In this document: piece after piece, positions 8,428 to 17,535 of the stretch
Numbering within the stretch: position 1 is the first letter of the stretch
Layout of the letters: every line of letters begins with the position of its first letter
Assembly: GCA_900234795.1 (NCBI GenBank)
Contig: LT962688.1
Span: 3,300,001-3,332,000 of the forward strand
DNA: 32,000 bases
From: Methylorubrum extorquens
GTDB lineage: Bacteria; Pseudomonadota; Alphaproteobacteria; Rhizobiales; Beijerinckiaceae
Direction of reading: 5' to 3'
Notes under the pieces: generated by a model
What the model was told of the DNA's origin: nothing
The model's database searches: none
The model's input: only the letters and a program-made list of their open reading frames with translations
Made by a program: the position numbers and the translations under genes

Positions 8428-9177
8428 TCAGATCTTGGTCAGCGTCACCGGCGCGCGCCGGTACACGAGAGTGAACAGGGTCGCGGCAAGGCATAGCCCG
8501 GCCGCCACGCCGGCGGGAATCGCCAGCGCCGCGATTCCGAGATGCGCATGGGCGAGCGTGCCCGCAACCGCCCCGACCAGGAGCGAGAGCCAGACCGACC
8601 CGTCGCCGACCCATCCCAGCCGTGGTCCCCTGCCGGCGAGCGCCAGCGCCGCCTTCTGCCCGAACGCGAACAGCGCGCCCGTGACGAAGGTGGTGCCGGC
8701 ACGAAAGCCCTGAACATGAGCGAGCACCGCGTTCTGCCCGCCCATGGCGAGCGCCAGGAACAGCGAGGCCACGCCGACATGGGCGTGCTCGGCGGCCAGG
8801 GCGACCGCCGCCGTCAGGGCGACGGCTTCCAGGCCGAGCACCGCGGGCGTGACCCAGCGCGGCGGGCACAGGGCGGCGATGGCGCCCCCCGAGACCGCGC
8901 CGACGAGGAAGGCGCCGATCAGCAGCGCCGGCAGCACGGCGCCGAGCGGCTCGCCATGGCCCAGCGCGACAGCGAGCTGCGTCGTGTTCCCGCTCATGAG
9001 CGAGGTGTAGAGGCCGCCGAGCCGGATGAAGCCGAGCGCGTCCACGAATCCGGCGAGCGCCGTGAGCACGACGCCGAAGCCGATCTGCCAGGGTCGGGTC
9101 ACGGGGTCGGCACGATCGTTAAGGCGCTCTTCGAACGGCAGGCGGGTGCGGGGGCGAAAGACAGGCTCATCCGACAA
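8428..9177 (-). CDS. YoaK/DUF1275 family membrane protein
   Basis: Carries GFVDALGF...SLMSGNTTQ and GGQNA...TTFVTG motifs and about 6 TM helices. The TTG start at 9177 is uncertain. Confidence 0.8.
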   Translation of the reverse strand: MSDEPVFRPRTRLPFEERLNDRADPVTRPWQIGFGVVLTALAGFVDALGFIRLGGLYTSLMSGNTTQLAVALGHGEPLGAVLPALLIGAFLVGAVSGGAIAALCPPRWVTPAVLGLEAVALTAAVALAAEHAHVGVASLFLALAMGGQNAVLAHVQGFRAGTTFVTGALFAFGQKAALALAGRGPRLGWVGDGSVWLSLLVGAVAGTLAHAHLGIAALAIPAGVAAGLCLAATLFTLVYRRAPVTLTKI

Positions 9178-9241
9178 GGGCTTAGGGGTGTCATCGCGTC
9201 AGGCGTGACTGAAAACAGTTCCTGCACCGTACCGTCAAGGT

Positions 9242-9255
9242 TAACCGATCGGTTA
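9242..9255. promoter_or_regulatory. Perfect 14-bp palindrome TAACCGATCGGTTA (candidate operator)
   Basis: Read directly from the sequence. It sits in the 192-bp divergent region between the YoaK-family gene and the response regulator gene. Confidence 0.35.
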
Positions 9256-9369
9256 CCAAATGCGCGCAAATCGAAGCAATCACGGTGAACGAGGCCCTTC
9301 ACGGCCCCGTTGGTCCGGCGATCCGCAAGCTCGGCTGTTGTCCGAGCACGGGTGAGTTGGAGTTCTGCC

Positions 9370-9789
9370 ATGATCCCCTTCGCCTGCATCCCCGCTGCCC
9401 TGCCGCCGTTCTCTCTGGCGCGCCACGCCGACACGATCCTCGTGGTCGAGGACGAGTCCTTCGTCTGCGAGCTGGCCGCCGAGGCGCTGCTCGACGAAGG
9501 CTACCGGGTGCTGACCGCCGCCGATGCGGAGGAGGCGGAGGCGATCCTGTCGCGTGAGCACGTGGACCTGCTCTTCACCGATATCGATCTGGCCCGCAAC
9601 ACGAACGGCATCGCGCTCGCCCGCAGCGCCCGGCGCAGCCTGCCGCGCCTTCCGGTGGTCTACACCTCCGGTGGCCGCGACGGCCTCTCCGCCGCCGAGG
9701 CGGTGAACGAATCGGTGTTCATGCCCAAGCCCTACCGCGCCGCGCAGCTCGTGGCCGTGACCAACGACCTGCTGCGCCACCGCGGCTGA
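9370..9789 (+). CDS. Single-domain (CheY-like) response regulator
   Basis: Receiver-domain hallmarks are ILVVEDE, LLFTDIDL (phospho-acceptor Asp), VVYTSG and MPKPY. There is no output domain. The ATG at 9370 lies within listed ORF 9310..9789. Confidence 0.85.
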   Translation: MIPFACIPAALPPFSLARHADTILVVEDESFVCELAAEALLDEGYRVLTAADAEEAEAILSREHVDLLFTDIDLARNTNGIALARSARRSLPRLPVVYTSGGRDGLSAAEAVNESVFMPKPYRAAQLVAVTNDLLRHRG

Positions 9790-9823
9790 GTTTCCCCGCC
9801 CTCAACCCATACGAGACGTGACC

Positions 9824-10183
9824 ATGCGTCGCCTGATCGCCTGCGCCTTCCTGATGCTCGCCGCGATGCCGGCCGCCCGAGCCGAATGCAATGTCGAGGA
9901 TACCGGGCTCGAACCGACGATCGCGGCGAAGAAGGAGCTTCAGGAAACCAAGAACGCCCAAATCGTGCGCGACCTGCGGACGCTCCGCGACGCCGCCATC
10001 GTGCTCGAATCCTACGGCTTCCCGGACGAGTGCAAGCGCCTCGTCGCCATCGTGAAGGGTCTGGCCGCCAAGCCCGACGACACGATCAAGCGCAGCAGCG
10101 ACACCGACGAGGAAAAGGCCGAGGAGATCCAGGAATCCCGCGAGCCGAAGGCGCCGAAGGAGCGCGGCGGCTCCGGCCGGTAA
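9824..10183 (+). CDS. Secreted hypothetical protein with a charged C-terminal tail
   Basis: Signal peptide MRRLIACAFLMLAAMPAARA-E, high GC3, and two Cys residues. I recognise no family. Confidence 0.7.
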   Translation: MRRLIACAFLMLAAMPAARAECNVEDTGLEPTIAAKKELQETKNAQIVRDLRTLRDAAIVLESYGFPDECKRLVAIVKGLAAKPDDTIKRSSDTDEEKAEEIQESREPKAPKERGGSGR

Positions 10184-10189
10184 ATCGCT

Positions 10190-10867
10190 TCAGGCAATCC
10201 CGGGGAGGTTTTGCGGAAAATCCCCTCCCCGGCGCAGGCAGCCGACCGGCACGCGCGCGTGCCGCGCGATCTGCCCGGCCACCGTCTCGACCGGGACCGG
10301 CGCGCCCTCGCTCTCGCTCACGACGATTCCAACAAGCGGGATGGCGTGCGCCCGCAGCGTCTCGACCGCCGTCAGCGCGTGGCTGATGGCGCCGAGATAG
10401 CTGCCGGACACGAGCAGCGCCGGGATCGCTTGAGATTTCAGCCAGTCGAGGCCGGTCGCGTCCTCGGTGATCGGGCTCATCAGGCCGCCGACGCCCTCGA
10501 TCACCACGGTCTCACCGTCACCGGCCTCGGCCAGACGCGCGCCGCACCACGCGACAAGCTCAGGCAGCGCGAGGCTGCGCCCTTCGCGGGCGGCGGCGAG
10601 GTCGGGCGCGAGCGGCGCGATGAAACGCCAGGGCGAGCAGGCCTCGACCGTCTCGGACGTGATCGCGAGCTCCTGCGCCGCGAGCAGGCGCCCGGTGTCA
10701 CTCTCCGCGAAATCGGGATGGTCCAGCGGGGGAACGCCGCTCGCGAGCGGCTTCAGCGCCCTTACCCGCCGGCCCTGGCCGCGCAGCCGTCGGACGAGGG
10801 CGGCGGTGGTGTAGGTCTTGCCGATCTCGGTGCCGGCGCCAACGACGAACAGGGCGGGCGGGGACAT
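10190..10867 (-). CDS. bioD: ATP-dependent dethiobiotin synthetase
   Basis: P-loop FVVGAGTEIGKTY, VIEGVGGLMSP, and length typical of BioD. Confidence 0.9.
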   Translation of the reverse strand: MSPPALFVVGAGTEIGKTYTTAALVRRLRGQGRRVRALKPLASGVPPLDHPDFAESDTGRLLAAQELAITSETVEACSPWRFIAPLAPDLAAAREGRSLALPELVAWCGARLAEAGDGETVVIEGVGGLMSPITEDATGLDWLKSQAIPALLVSGSYLGAISHALTAVETLRAHAIPLVGIVVSESEGAPVPVETVAGQIARHARVPVGCLRRGGDFPQNLPGIA

Positions 10868-10912
10868 GGCGTGCGGATCGCTTGGCTACGAAAATGGCGT
10901 GGTCCCACCCGC

Positions 10913-11021
10913 GCCCTCATCCTGAGGTGCCCGCGACAGCGGGCCTCGAAGGATCGCTCAGTTCCCGCGCGATGTCCGGAACACCCATCGAGGCGGCTTC
11001 GCAGCACATCAGGATGAGGGC
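10913..11021. repeat. Palindromic intergenic repeat, copy A (degenerate)
   Basis: The left arm is GCCCTCATCCTGAGGTGCCCGCGACAGCGGGCCTCGAAGGA. The reverse complement of the right arm is GCCCTCATCCTGATGTGCTGCGAAGCCGCCTCGATGG. It belongs to the same family as 24097..24236 and 28128..28238. Confidence 0.7.
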
Positions 11022-11160
11022 GTGAGTCGGAGCGACCGGGCCGGTCGCTCCGCTAGAGCCGTGCCCGACCACGTTGGGTCGGATCACGCCTCTATGCGTT
11101 TGTTGTGCCGCGCTTTCTTTCGACGAACCGGAACCCACTTCGTCGGAAAGCGCTCGAGCG

Positions 11161-11934
11161 CTACTTCTCGACGAAGGCCTTCTCGATCACGTAATGGGCC
11201 GCCTCGCCGTGGTTGCCCTCCTCGTAGCCGAGGCCGGTCAGCATCTCGCGGGTATCCTTGATCATCTCCGGCGAGCCGCAGAGCATGAAGCGGTCGTTCT
11301 CGATCGACATGTTCGGCAGGCCGATATCCTCGAACAGCTTGCCCGAGGTCATCAGGTCGGTGATCCGGCCGCGGTTGCGGAACGGCTCGCGGGTGACCGT
11401 CGGGTAGTAGATCAGCTGGTTGGCGATCATCTCGCCGAGGAACTCGTGCTTCGGCAGGGTCTCGGTGATGGTCTCGCCATAGGCCAGTTCCTGCACCTGA
11501 CGGCAGCCGTGGACGAGCACGACCTTCTCGAAGCGGTCGTAGGTCTCCGGATCCTTGATGATCGACAGGAAGGGGGCGAGCCCCGTGCCGGTGCCGAGCA
11601 GGTAGAGGTTCTTGCCGGGCAGGAGGTTGTCGAGCACCAGCGTGCCGGTCGGCTTCTTGCCGATCATGATCGGATCGCCGACCTTGAGGTGCTGGAGCTT
11701 GCTCGTGAGCGGGCCGTTGGGCACCTTGATCGAGAAGAACTCCAGCTCCTCCTCGTAATTGGCCGACACCACCGAGTACGCGCGCAGCAGCGGCCGGCCC
11801 TCGACCTCGATGCCGATCATCGTGAACTCGCCGTTGCGGAAGCGGAACGAGGGATCGCGCGTCGTGCGGAAGGAGAAGAGCGTGTCGGTCCAGTGGTGGA
11901 CGGAGAGGACGCGCTCCTCGTTGTACTTGCTCAT
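11161..11934 (-). CDS. fpr: Ferredoxin-NADP+ reductase (bacterial Fpr type)
   Basis: 257 aa with RAYSVVS (FAD site), LLGTGTGLAPFLS (NADP site) and the C-terminal YVIEKAFVEK. Confidence 0.93.
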   Translation of the reverse strand: MSKYNEERVLSVHHWTDTLFSFRTTRDPSFRFRNGEFTMIGIEVEGRPLLRAYSVVSANYEEELEFFSIKVPNGPLTSKLQHLKVGDPIMIGKKPTGTLVLDNLLPGKNLYLLGTGTGLAPFLSIIKDPETYDRFEKVVLVHGCRQVQELAYGETITETLPKHEFLGEMIANQLIYYPTVTREPFRNRGRITDLMTSGKLFEDIGLPNMSIENDRFMLCGSPEMIKDTREMLTGLGYEEGNHGEAAHYVIEKAFVEK

Positions 11935-12103
11935 CGGCCGCGGGTTTCCCGATTCTGGAAGCGTCGAAACGGGGCTCTTCTCGCAGTCGCAGCATCCGCG
12001 TCAAGACGCAGCGCTGCCACAGCGGTTGGAATGTGACTTAGCCTGGAACTGTTCTTGAATCCGGCGCATGCCTGCCCCGGCAGGAGCGCATCGCCGGAGA
12101 GGC

Positions 12104-13036
12104 TTACAGCGGCTTCAAGCCCGCCTCGATCTCCGCCCGGCGCGGTTCGAGGAAGGGCGGCAGCGCAAGACGCTCGCCGAGTGATTCCATCGTCTCGTCG
12201 GTGGCGAAGCCAGGCCCGTCGGTGGCGATCTCGAACAGGATGCCGTTCGGCTCGCGGAAATACAGGCTGCGGAAGTAGTAGCGATCCACGGGACCGCTGG
12301 AGGGGACGCGGCGCTGCTTCAACCGGTCGGCCCAGGCGTCGTAATCGGCGTCGGGGATGCGGAAGGCGACGTGGTGGACAGCGCCCGCGCCCTGGCGGGC
12401 CGGCGCGCCCGTCCCTTTGAGAAGCTGGACCTCCGCGGCGGGACCGCCCTCGCCGGTCTCGAACACCGTCACGTCGCCCTCGGGCAGCTCGAAGGTCCGG
12501 GCGCGGCGGAAACCGAGGATCTGCGTCAGCACCGCTTCGGTGCGCTCGGGCTGCGAGACGGTGAGGCGGATCGGGCCAAGGCCCCGGATCTGGTGCTCGG
12601 GCGGCACCGGGCTGCCCGCCCAGGGATGGGCTGGCCCCACGCCGCCATCATCCACGAGGCTGAGGCGCTGGCCCTCGCCGTCCTCGAAATCGAGGGTGAG
12701 GCGCCCGTCTCGCTCGATCGCCGGATGGTGGCTCACCCCCTGGCGGGCGAGATGCTCGCGCCACCAGTCGAAGCTTGCCGCTCCGCCGACGCGCAGCAGC
12801 GTGCGTGAGATGCTGTCGGTGCCGCGCCGCTCGGCGGGCGCCGGCCAGTCGAAGAAGGTGATGTCGGTGCCGGGCGAGGCGCGGCCGTCGGCGTAGAACA
12901 GGTGGTAGGCCGAGACGTCGTCCTGATTGACGGTCTTCTTCACGAGCCGGAGCCCCAGCACGCGGGTGTAGAAGGCGAGGTTGTCGGCCGCCTGCGCCGT
13001 GATGGCGGTGACGTGGTGGAGTCCGGTGAGCTGCAT
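12104..13036 (-). CDS. Ring-cleaving dioxygenase, glyoxalase/VOC superfamily (two-domain)
   Basis: An internal ATG at 13036 gives [40 protein letters not shown]... and a second VOC repeat containing VHHVAF. Confidence 0.85.
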   Translation of the reverse strand: MQLTGLHHVTAITAQAADNLAFYTRVLGLRLVKKTVNQDDVSAYHLFYADGRASPGTDITFFDWPAPAERRGTDSISRTLLRVGGAASFDWWREHLARQGVSHHPAIERDGRLTLDFEDGEGQRLSLVDDGGVGPAHPWAGSPVPPEHQIRGLGPIRLTVSQPERTEAVLTQILGFRRARTFELPEGDVTVFETGEGGPAAEVQLLKGTGAPARQGAGAVHHVAFRIPDADYDAWADRLKQRRVPSSGPVDRYYFRSLYFREPNGILFEIATDGPGFATDETMESLGERLALPPFLEPRRAEIEAGLKPL

Positions 13037-13152
13037 CGCTTGAGGCCTCGCGCGGTGAGCGGGTTCGGCCTCCCCAGATAGGGGTTTTGGGCGCGAGCCC
13101 AAGGCGCCCGGCTCACTCCGACATCGCCGGGCACACCAAACCGTTGGACTTT

Positions 13153-13191
13153 AGAAGAAAAAGGCCGGCGACGCGTCTCCGCGTGCCGGCC
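13153..13191 (-). terminator. Rho-independent terminator after the M16 peptidase pair
   Basis: The minus strand reads GGCCGGCACGCG-GAGA-CGCGTCGCCGGCC (12 bp plus one bulge) followed by TTTTTCTTCT. It begins 31 nt after the stop at 13222. Confidence 0.75.
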
Positions 13192-13221
13192 CCGGCCGTG
13201 ATGAAATCGGTGAAAGGGCGC

Positions 13222-14505
13222 CTACAGCCCCGTGGGCCGCCCCGCGGCGACGACGAGCATCTTGCCGTCGCCGAGGGTGCGGGTGCCGGCCCGGCGAATG
13301 TCGGCCTGGGTCACGCTCGCCACGAGGTCGTTGCGGCGGGCGATGTAGTCCATGCCGAGACCCTCGAAGGCGATCTGCACCAGTTGGTTGGCGATCTTGG
13401 TCGAGGTGTCGAAGCCGAGCGCGTAGGAGCCGGTGAGATAGTCCTTGGCCTTCTGCAGCTCCTCGTCGGAGGGGCCGTCGGTGATGAGGCGCTGGATCTC
13501 GTCACCGATCACGTCGAGGGCCTCGACGACGCGCTCGTTCTTGGTGGCGGTGTAGCCCCAGGTCATGGCGACGGCGCGGTGCGAGGTCAGCGAGGTGCCG
13601 ACCGAGTAGGCCAGGCCGCGCTTCTCGCGCACTTCCTGGAAGAGGCGCGAGGTGAAGGCGCCGCCGCCCAGGATGTGGTTCAGCACATAGGCCGGGATGA
13701 AGTCGGGGTCGCGCCACGCCACGCCCGGCATGCCGAAGCGGATCACCGATTGCGGCACGTCGAGATCGACGACGATGCGGCGGCCGAGTTCGTTGATCGC
13801 GGTCGGCGGAATGGCTTTGAGCGGGCCGGCCTCGGGCAGCGCGCCGAAGGCGCGAGCGATCATGCCGGTGATTGTCGCCTCGTCGAAGGCGCCCACAGCC
13901 GCGACCTTGAGGCTGCCGCGGCCGATCACGGCCCGGTGCAGGGCCACGAGGTCGTCGCGGGTGATCGCCGACAGGGTCTCGATGGTGCCCGACGAGGAGC
14001 GGCCGTAGGCGTGCCCCGGGAAGGCTTCGCGGAAGTAGCGGCGGGAGGCCAGCACGCCGGGATCGTTCTGCTGGTAGCGCAGGCTGGCGATCATCTGCGC
14101 CCGTACGCGCTCGATCGAGGGCTGATCGAAGCGCGGCTCGGCCAGCGACAGGGCCAACAGACGGATTGCCTCGTCGGCATGCGTGAGCAGCGTCTTGAGC
14201 GAGCCGCCGATGGAATCGGGGCCGGTGTGGAAGCTCAGCTCGATCGCGCGGGCCGCGAGCGCCTCCTGGAAGGCATCCGAGTCGAGATCGCCCGCGCCCT
14301 CGTCGAGCAGCCGCGCCATCATCTGCGCGGTGCCCGCCTTGCCCTCCGCATCCTGCGCCGCGCCGCCCTCGAAGGTGAAGGAGAGCGCGATCATCGGCAC
14401 CACCGGCGAGGCGACGTGCCAAGCCTCGATGCCGGGGGCGGCCGCGAGCGGCAACGCCTGGGTCGGCGACGTCGCGGTGCGGGTGCCGGTCTCGGCGAGA
14501 TTCAT
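13222..14505 (-). CDS. M16 (pitrilysin) family peptidase, non-catalytic-type subunit
   Basis: M16 fold similarity along its length, but HxxEH is replaced (MMARLLDEG). The ATG at 14505 is preceded by SD AAGGAA. The listed start at 14547 is less likely. Confidence 0.85.
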   Translation of the reverse strand: MNLAETGTRTATSPTQALPLAAAPGIEAWHVASPVVPMIALSFTFEGGAAQDAEGKAGTAQMMARLLDEGAGDLDSDAFQEALAARAIELSFHTGPDSIGGSLKTLLTHADEAIRLLALSLAEPRFDQPSIERVRAQMIASLRYQQNDPGVLASRRYFREAFPGHAYGRSSSGTIETLSAITRDDLVALHRAVIGRGSLKVAAVGAFDEATITGMIARAFGALPEAGPLKAIPPTAINELGRRIVVDLDVPQSVIRFGMPGVAWRDPDFIPAYVLNHILGGGAFTSRLFQEVREKRGLAYSVGTSLTSHRAVAMTWGYTATKNERVVEALDVIGDEIQRLITDGPSDEELQKAKDYLTGSYALGFDTSTKIANQLVQIAFEGLGMDYIARRNDLVASVTQADIRRAGTRTLGDGKMLVVAAGRPTGL

Positions 14506-14576
14506 CGGAAGTTCCTTAATGCGTCTTTTCGCAAACGGCGCCGCCATCGAGGGCGGCGCGAAGAATCAGTGCCGTC

Positions 14577-15959
14577 TCAGGCGATCGCCACGTCCGGGTC
14601 GCGCGCCTTGGTCAGGTAGCCGGTCACCGAGCGGGCGGGCACGAGATAGCGGGCGGCGACCGCGACGAGCCGGTCATGGGTGACCGCTTCGATCTCGACC
14701 GGCCAGCGGCGCACCTCCTCGACGGTCTCGCCGATGGCGAGCGCCGAGCCGTAGATGCGCGCGAGGGAACTCTGCGAATCGGAGGAATAGACCGTCTCGG
14801 CCATGAGCCGGATCTTGGCCCGCTCGATCGCCTCCGCGCCGAGCGCCTCGGGGACGCGGCGCAGCACGCGATCGATATGCTCTTCCAGGGCCTCCAGGGT
14901 CACGCCCTCGGCCGGCACGGCGTAGACGGCAAAGCGCGTGTCATCCATCGCCGAGCCCATGTACCAAGCGCCGGCATTCACCGCGACGCCCATCTCCAGC
15001 ACCAGCTTGCGGTAGAGGAACGAGGTCGAGCCGCCGCCGACGACCTCGGCGAGCAGTTCGAGGGCATAGCCCTCGCCGTCGCGGGCGGTCATGCAGGAGG
15101 GGGTGAGGTAGAGGCGCTGCAGGGTCGGCTGCTCGACCTTCGGGTCGGCCACCGCGATCCGGCGCATCGCCCGCGGCTCAGGCTCGCGCGGGCGGGTGCG
15201 CAGCGGCCGCGCGCCCTGCGGCGTCACCCGGCCGTAGGTACCCTCGGCCAGACGCCGCACTTCGTCCGGCGTCACATCGCCGGCCACCACGAGGATCGCG
15301 TTCTCGGGGGTGTAGAAGCGCTTGTAATAGTCGATGGCGTGGGTGCGGTTCAGCTCCTCGATCTCGTGCATCCAGCCGATGATCGGGATGCCGTAGGGAT
15401 GGTGCACGAACAGCGAGGCGGACATCGCCTCGGAGAGCTGCGCCGACGGATCGGTCTCGACCCGCATCCGGCGCTCCTCCAGCACCACGTCGCGCTCGGG
15501 CGCCACCACGGCGTCGTCGAGCACGAGGCCGCTCATCCGGTCGGCCTCGAAGGCCATCATCGTCGAGAGATGGTCGCGGGCGACGCGCTGGAAATAGGCG
15601 GTGTAGTCGTAGCTGGTGAAGGCGTTCTCTTGGCCACCGAGCGACGAGACCGCCTTCGAGAAGGCGCCGGCCGGGTGCCGCTCGGTGCCCTTGAACATCA
15701 GATGTTCGAGGAAGTGGGCGATGCCGGACTGGCCGATCGGATCATCGGCCGAGCCGTTGCGGTACCAGACCATGTGCGTGGCGACCGGCGCCCGGTGATC
15801 GGGCACCACCACCACGTCGAGCCCGTTGTCGAGCACGAAGGCGGAGACCTCCGGGCCGCCCGCCTCGGAGCGCCCGAACGGGGCGGCGTCCACACGGCCA
15901 GCGTGATTCAGGCCTCGCTGCGGTCCCACGGGCGCGAAGGCCTTCCGGTAGAGGTGCAT
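14577..15959 (-). CDS. M16 (pitrilysin) family zinc peptidase, catalytic-type subunit
   Basis: Carries the HFLEHLMFKG inverted zinc motif (HxxEH). The ATG at 15959 is preceded by SD AAGGAAAG. Confidence 0.9.
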   Translation of the reverse strand: MHLYRKAFAPVGPQRGLNHAGRVDAAPFGRSEAGGPEVSAFVLDNGLDVVVVPDHRAPVATHMVWYRNGSADDPIGQSGIAHFLEHLMFKGTERHPAGAFSKAVSSLGGQENAFTSYDYTAYFQRVARDHLSTMMAFEADRMSGLVLDDAVVAPERDVVLEERRMRVETDPSAQLSEAMSASLFVHHPYGIPIIGWMHEIEELNRTHAIDYYKRFYTPENAILVVAGDVTPDEVRRLAEGTYGRVTPQGARPLRTRPREPEPRAMRRIAVADPKVEQPTLQRLYLTPSCMTARDGEGYALELLAEVVGGGSTSFLYRKLVLEMGVAVNAGAWYMGSAMDDTRFAVYAVPAEGVTLEALEEHIDRVLRRVPEALGAEAIERAKIRLMAETVYSSDSQSSLARIYGSALAIGETVEEVRRWPVEIEAVTHDRLVAVAARYLVPARSVTGYLTKARDPDVAIA

Positions 15960-16056
15960 CCCACTTTCCTTATGCGGGGGCTCTTCCGCCCTCCGCGCTT
16001 TCCGTCCCAAAGAATCCCGGCATTGTCCCGTGATCGGTCGCCGGTGGCAAATCCCA

Positions 16057-16079
16057 TACCGCGCGGCGTGTCCGCGCGG
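16057..16079 (-). terminator. GC hairpin downstream of the DUF3035 gene (possible terminator)
   Basis: A perfect 9-bp stem ACCGCGCGG/CCGCGCGGT has a 5-nt loop. On the minus strand it is followed by ATGGGATTTGCC, which is only weakly T-rich. Confidence 0.35.
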
Positions 16080-16152
16080 TGACAGTCCCCCCGGGATGCC
16101 GGGCGCCTTCGCCGACCCGCCGAGATCGACGAAACCGGGCGGAGGTCCGCTC

Positions 16153-16857
16153 TCAGCGCCCGGACGAGTTTCTCATATAGGCACGCGGGTCGGCCTCTTC
16201 ACGGTCGCTGATCGGACCACCCACAGGACCACCCTGCGGTTTGGCGACCTTGATCGGCGCCTTGCGATAGCCGGTGGGCGGATCGGTCAGCGTATCGCGG
16301 TCGGGCTCAACCAGCGACGGCTCGGTCTTGTCGGTCGTGCCCTTGAGCAGTTCGAACGGGTTGAGCCAGGTCGAATCGCGGGTGTCACCCTGGCCGGGGG
16401 CGTTCGCCGGCCCGGTGAGCGCCCCGGCGCCCGAGCGGCGGCCGGCCTCCATCTCGTAGACCGAGAGCGTCTCGTTGTTGTCGTTCATGCGGCCCTGCGC
16501 ACCGCGCACGATCGGCTTCTTCGCCTCGATGGCGGCGCGCTCGCGCTGGACCACCTCCGGATCCTTCGGCCAGGCCGGATCGGCCTGGCGAGCCCGGGGC
16601 CGGGGCAGGCCGGCGGTCAGATCCTCCTTGCCGCCGAGCTTGGGCGGCATCGCCAGCGGTGCGCGCTCGCGATAGGTGATGGCGGGACGGTCCGGCTCAA
16701 TCAGGCCGAGATTGCTCAGCGTGTCGCGCATGAATTCGCCCTCGGCGCGGGCCGCGCCCACGGCGAGGCCGGGCAGCAAGGCTGCGCCCAAAGCCGCTCT
16801 CAAAGCTAGAGGACGGATCGATCCGAAAGCCCGCGAGACGTTGCGCCGCCCGTTCAT
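16153..16857 (-). CDS. DUF3035-like secreted Pro/Gly-rich protein
   Basis: Signal peptide ending AVGAARA-EG and low-complexity Pro-rich content. Its position between lspA and the M16 pair matches where DUF3035 proteins sit in Rhizobiales. The family call is from memory. Confidence 0.7.
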   Translation of the reverse strand: MNGRRNVSRAFGSIRPLALRAALGAALLPGLAVGAARAEGEFMRDTLSNLGLIEPDRPAITYRERAPLAMPPKLGGKEDLTAGLPRPRARQADPAWPKDPEVVQRERAAIEAKKPIVRGAQGRMNDNNETLSVYEMEAGRRSGAGALTGPANAPGQGDTRDSTWLNPFELLKGTTDKTEPSLVEPDRDTLTDPPTGYRKAPIKVAKPQGGPVGGPISDREEADPRAYMRNSSGR

Positions 16858-17019
16858 GCCGATTTCCCCAAGGCTACGGACCGGCCCCGCCCGCTTTTGA
16901 TCCGGGACGGTCAGCCGGACATCACTTCATCGTGAAGCGCGTCGAGCCCACGCAAACCGAGGTGAGCCGGGTTTCAGGCGAAGGTATGGCACCTTGACGC
17001 GGCTGGGGCGCGCCTGAGC

Positions 17020-17535
17020 TCACGCTTGGGGACGGCCGCCGGTCCCGGCGACGTCCGTGCTCGGGGCGCGTGGGGCCGGCCGCAGGCTGTCGAGGATCAA
17101 CCCGACGACGCCCGCGACGATGGCCGCATCCGCCACGTTGAACACGTACCAGGACCACGCTCCCGCGTGCAGGTGAACGAAGTCGAAAACCGCCCCGTAG
17201 GCCGCTCGATCGATGGCGTTGCCGAGCGCGCCGCCGACGATGAGGCCAAGCGCCACGGCGAGCAGCCGCGAGCCGGCGCGGCGCATCCACACCGACAGGC
17301 CGATCGCGGCGGCGAGCGAGACCGCGACGAGCAGCCAGCGCCCGAGCCCGCCCTCCTGCTGGAACAGACCGTAGGAGACACCCCGGTTCCAGACCACGAC
17401 GAAGTCCGCGAACGGCGCCAGCCGCCAAGGCTGCGTCATCACGAGGTCGGTGCCGAAATAGAGCCAGAGCTTGGAGGCCTGATCGAGGACCAGCGTGGCC
17501 AGCAACGCGATCAGGCCGGAGCGGAAGGCGGTCAC
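17020..17535 (-). CDS. lspA: Lipoprotein signal peptidase (signal peptidase II)
   Basis: Carries [18 protein letters not shown] and FNVADAAI motifs. The GTG at 17535 overlaps the ileS TGA by 4 nt (GTGA). The listed ORF to 17949 runs into ileS. Confidence 0.9.
   Translation of the reverse strand: MTAFRSGLIALLATLVLDQASKLWLYFGTDLVMTQPWRLAPFADFVVVWNRGVSYGLFQQEGGLGRWLLVAVSLAAAIGLSVWMRRAGSRLLAVALGLIVGGALGNAIDRAAYGAVFDFVHLHAGAWSWYVFNVADAAIVAGVVGLILDSLRPAPRAPSTDVAGTGGRPQA

Noticed and set aside
8411-8869. N-terminal extension of the WD40 ORF (listed start 8869). Similar extensions occur for lspA (to 17949), the 23309 gene (from 22874), the dioxygenase (to 13102) and the 28699 gene (to 29748).
   Set aside because: The extensions overlap neighbouring well-supported genes or are Arg/Gly/Pro junk. 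Internal starts have SD sequences and give N-termini that match their families.
9241-9256. TTAA-N8-TTAC as a second CtrA box.
   Set aside because: The spacing is 8 rather than 7, and the second half-site is TTAC. It is better explained as the 14-bp perfect dyad TAACCGATCGGTTA.
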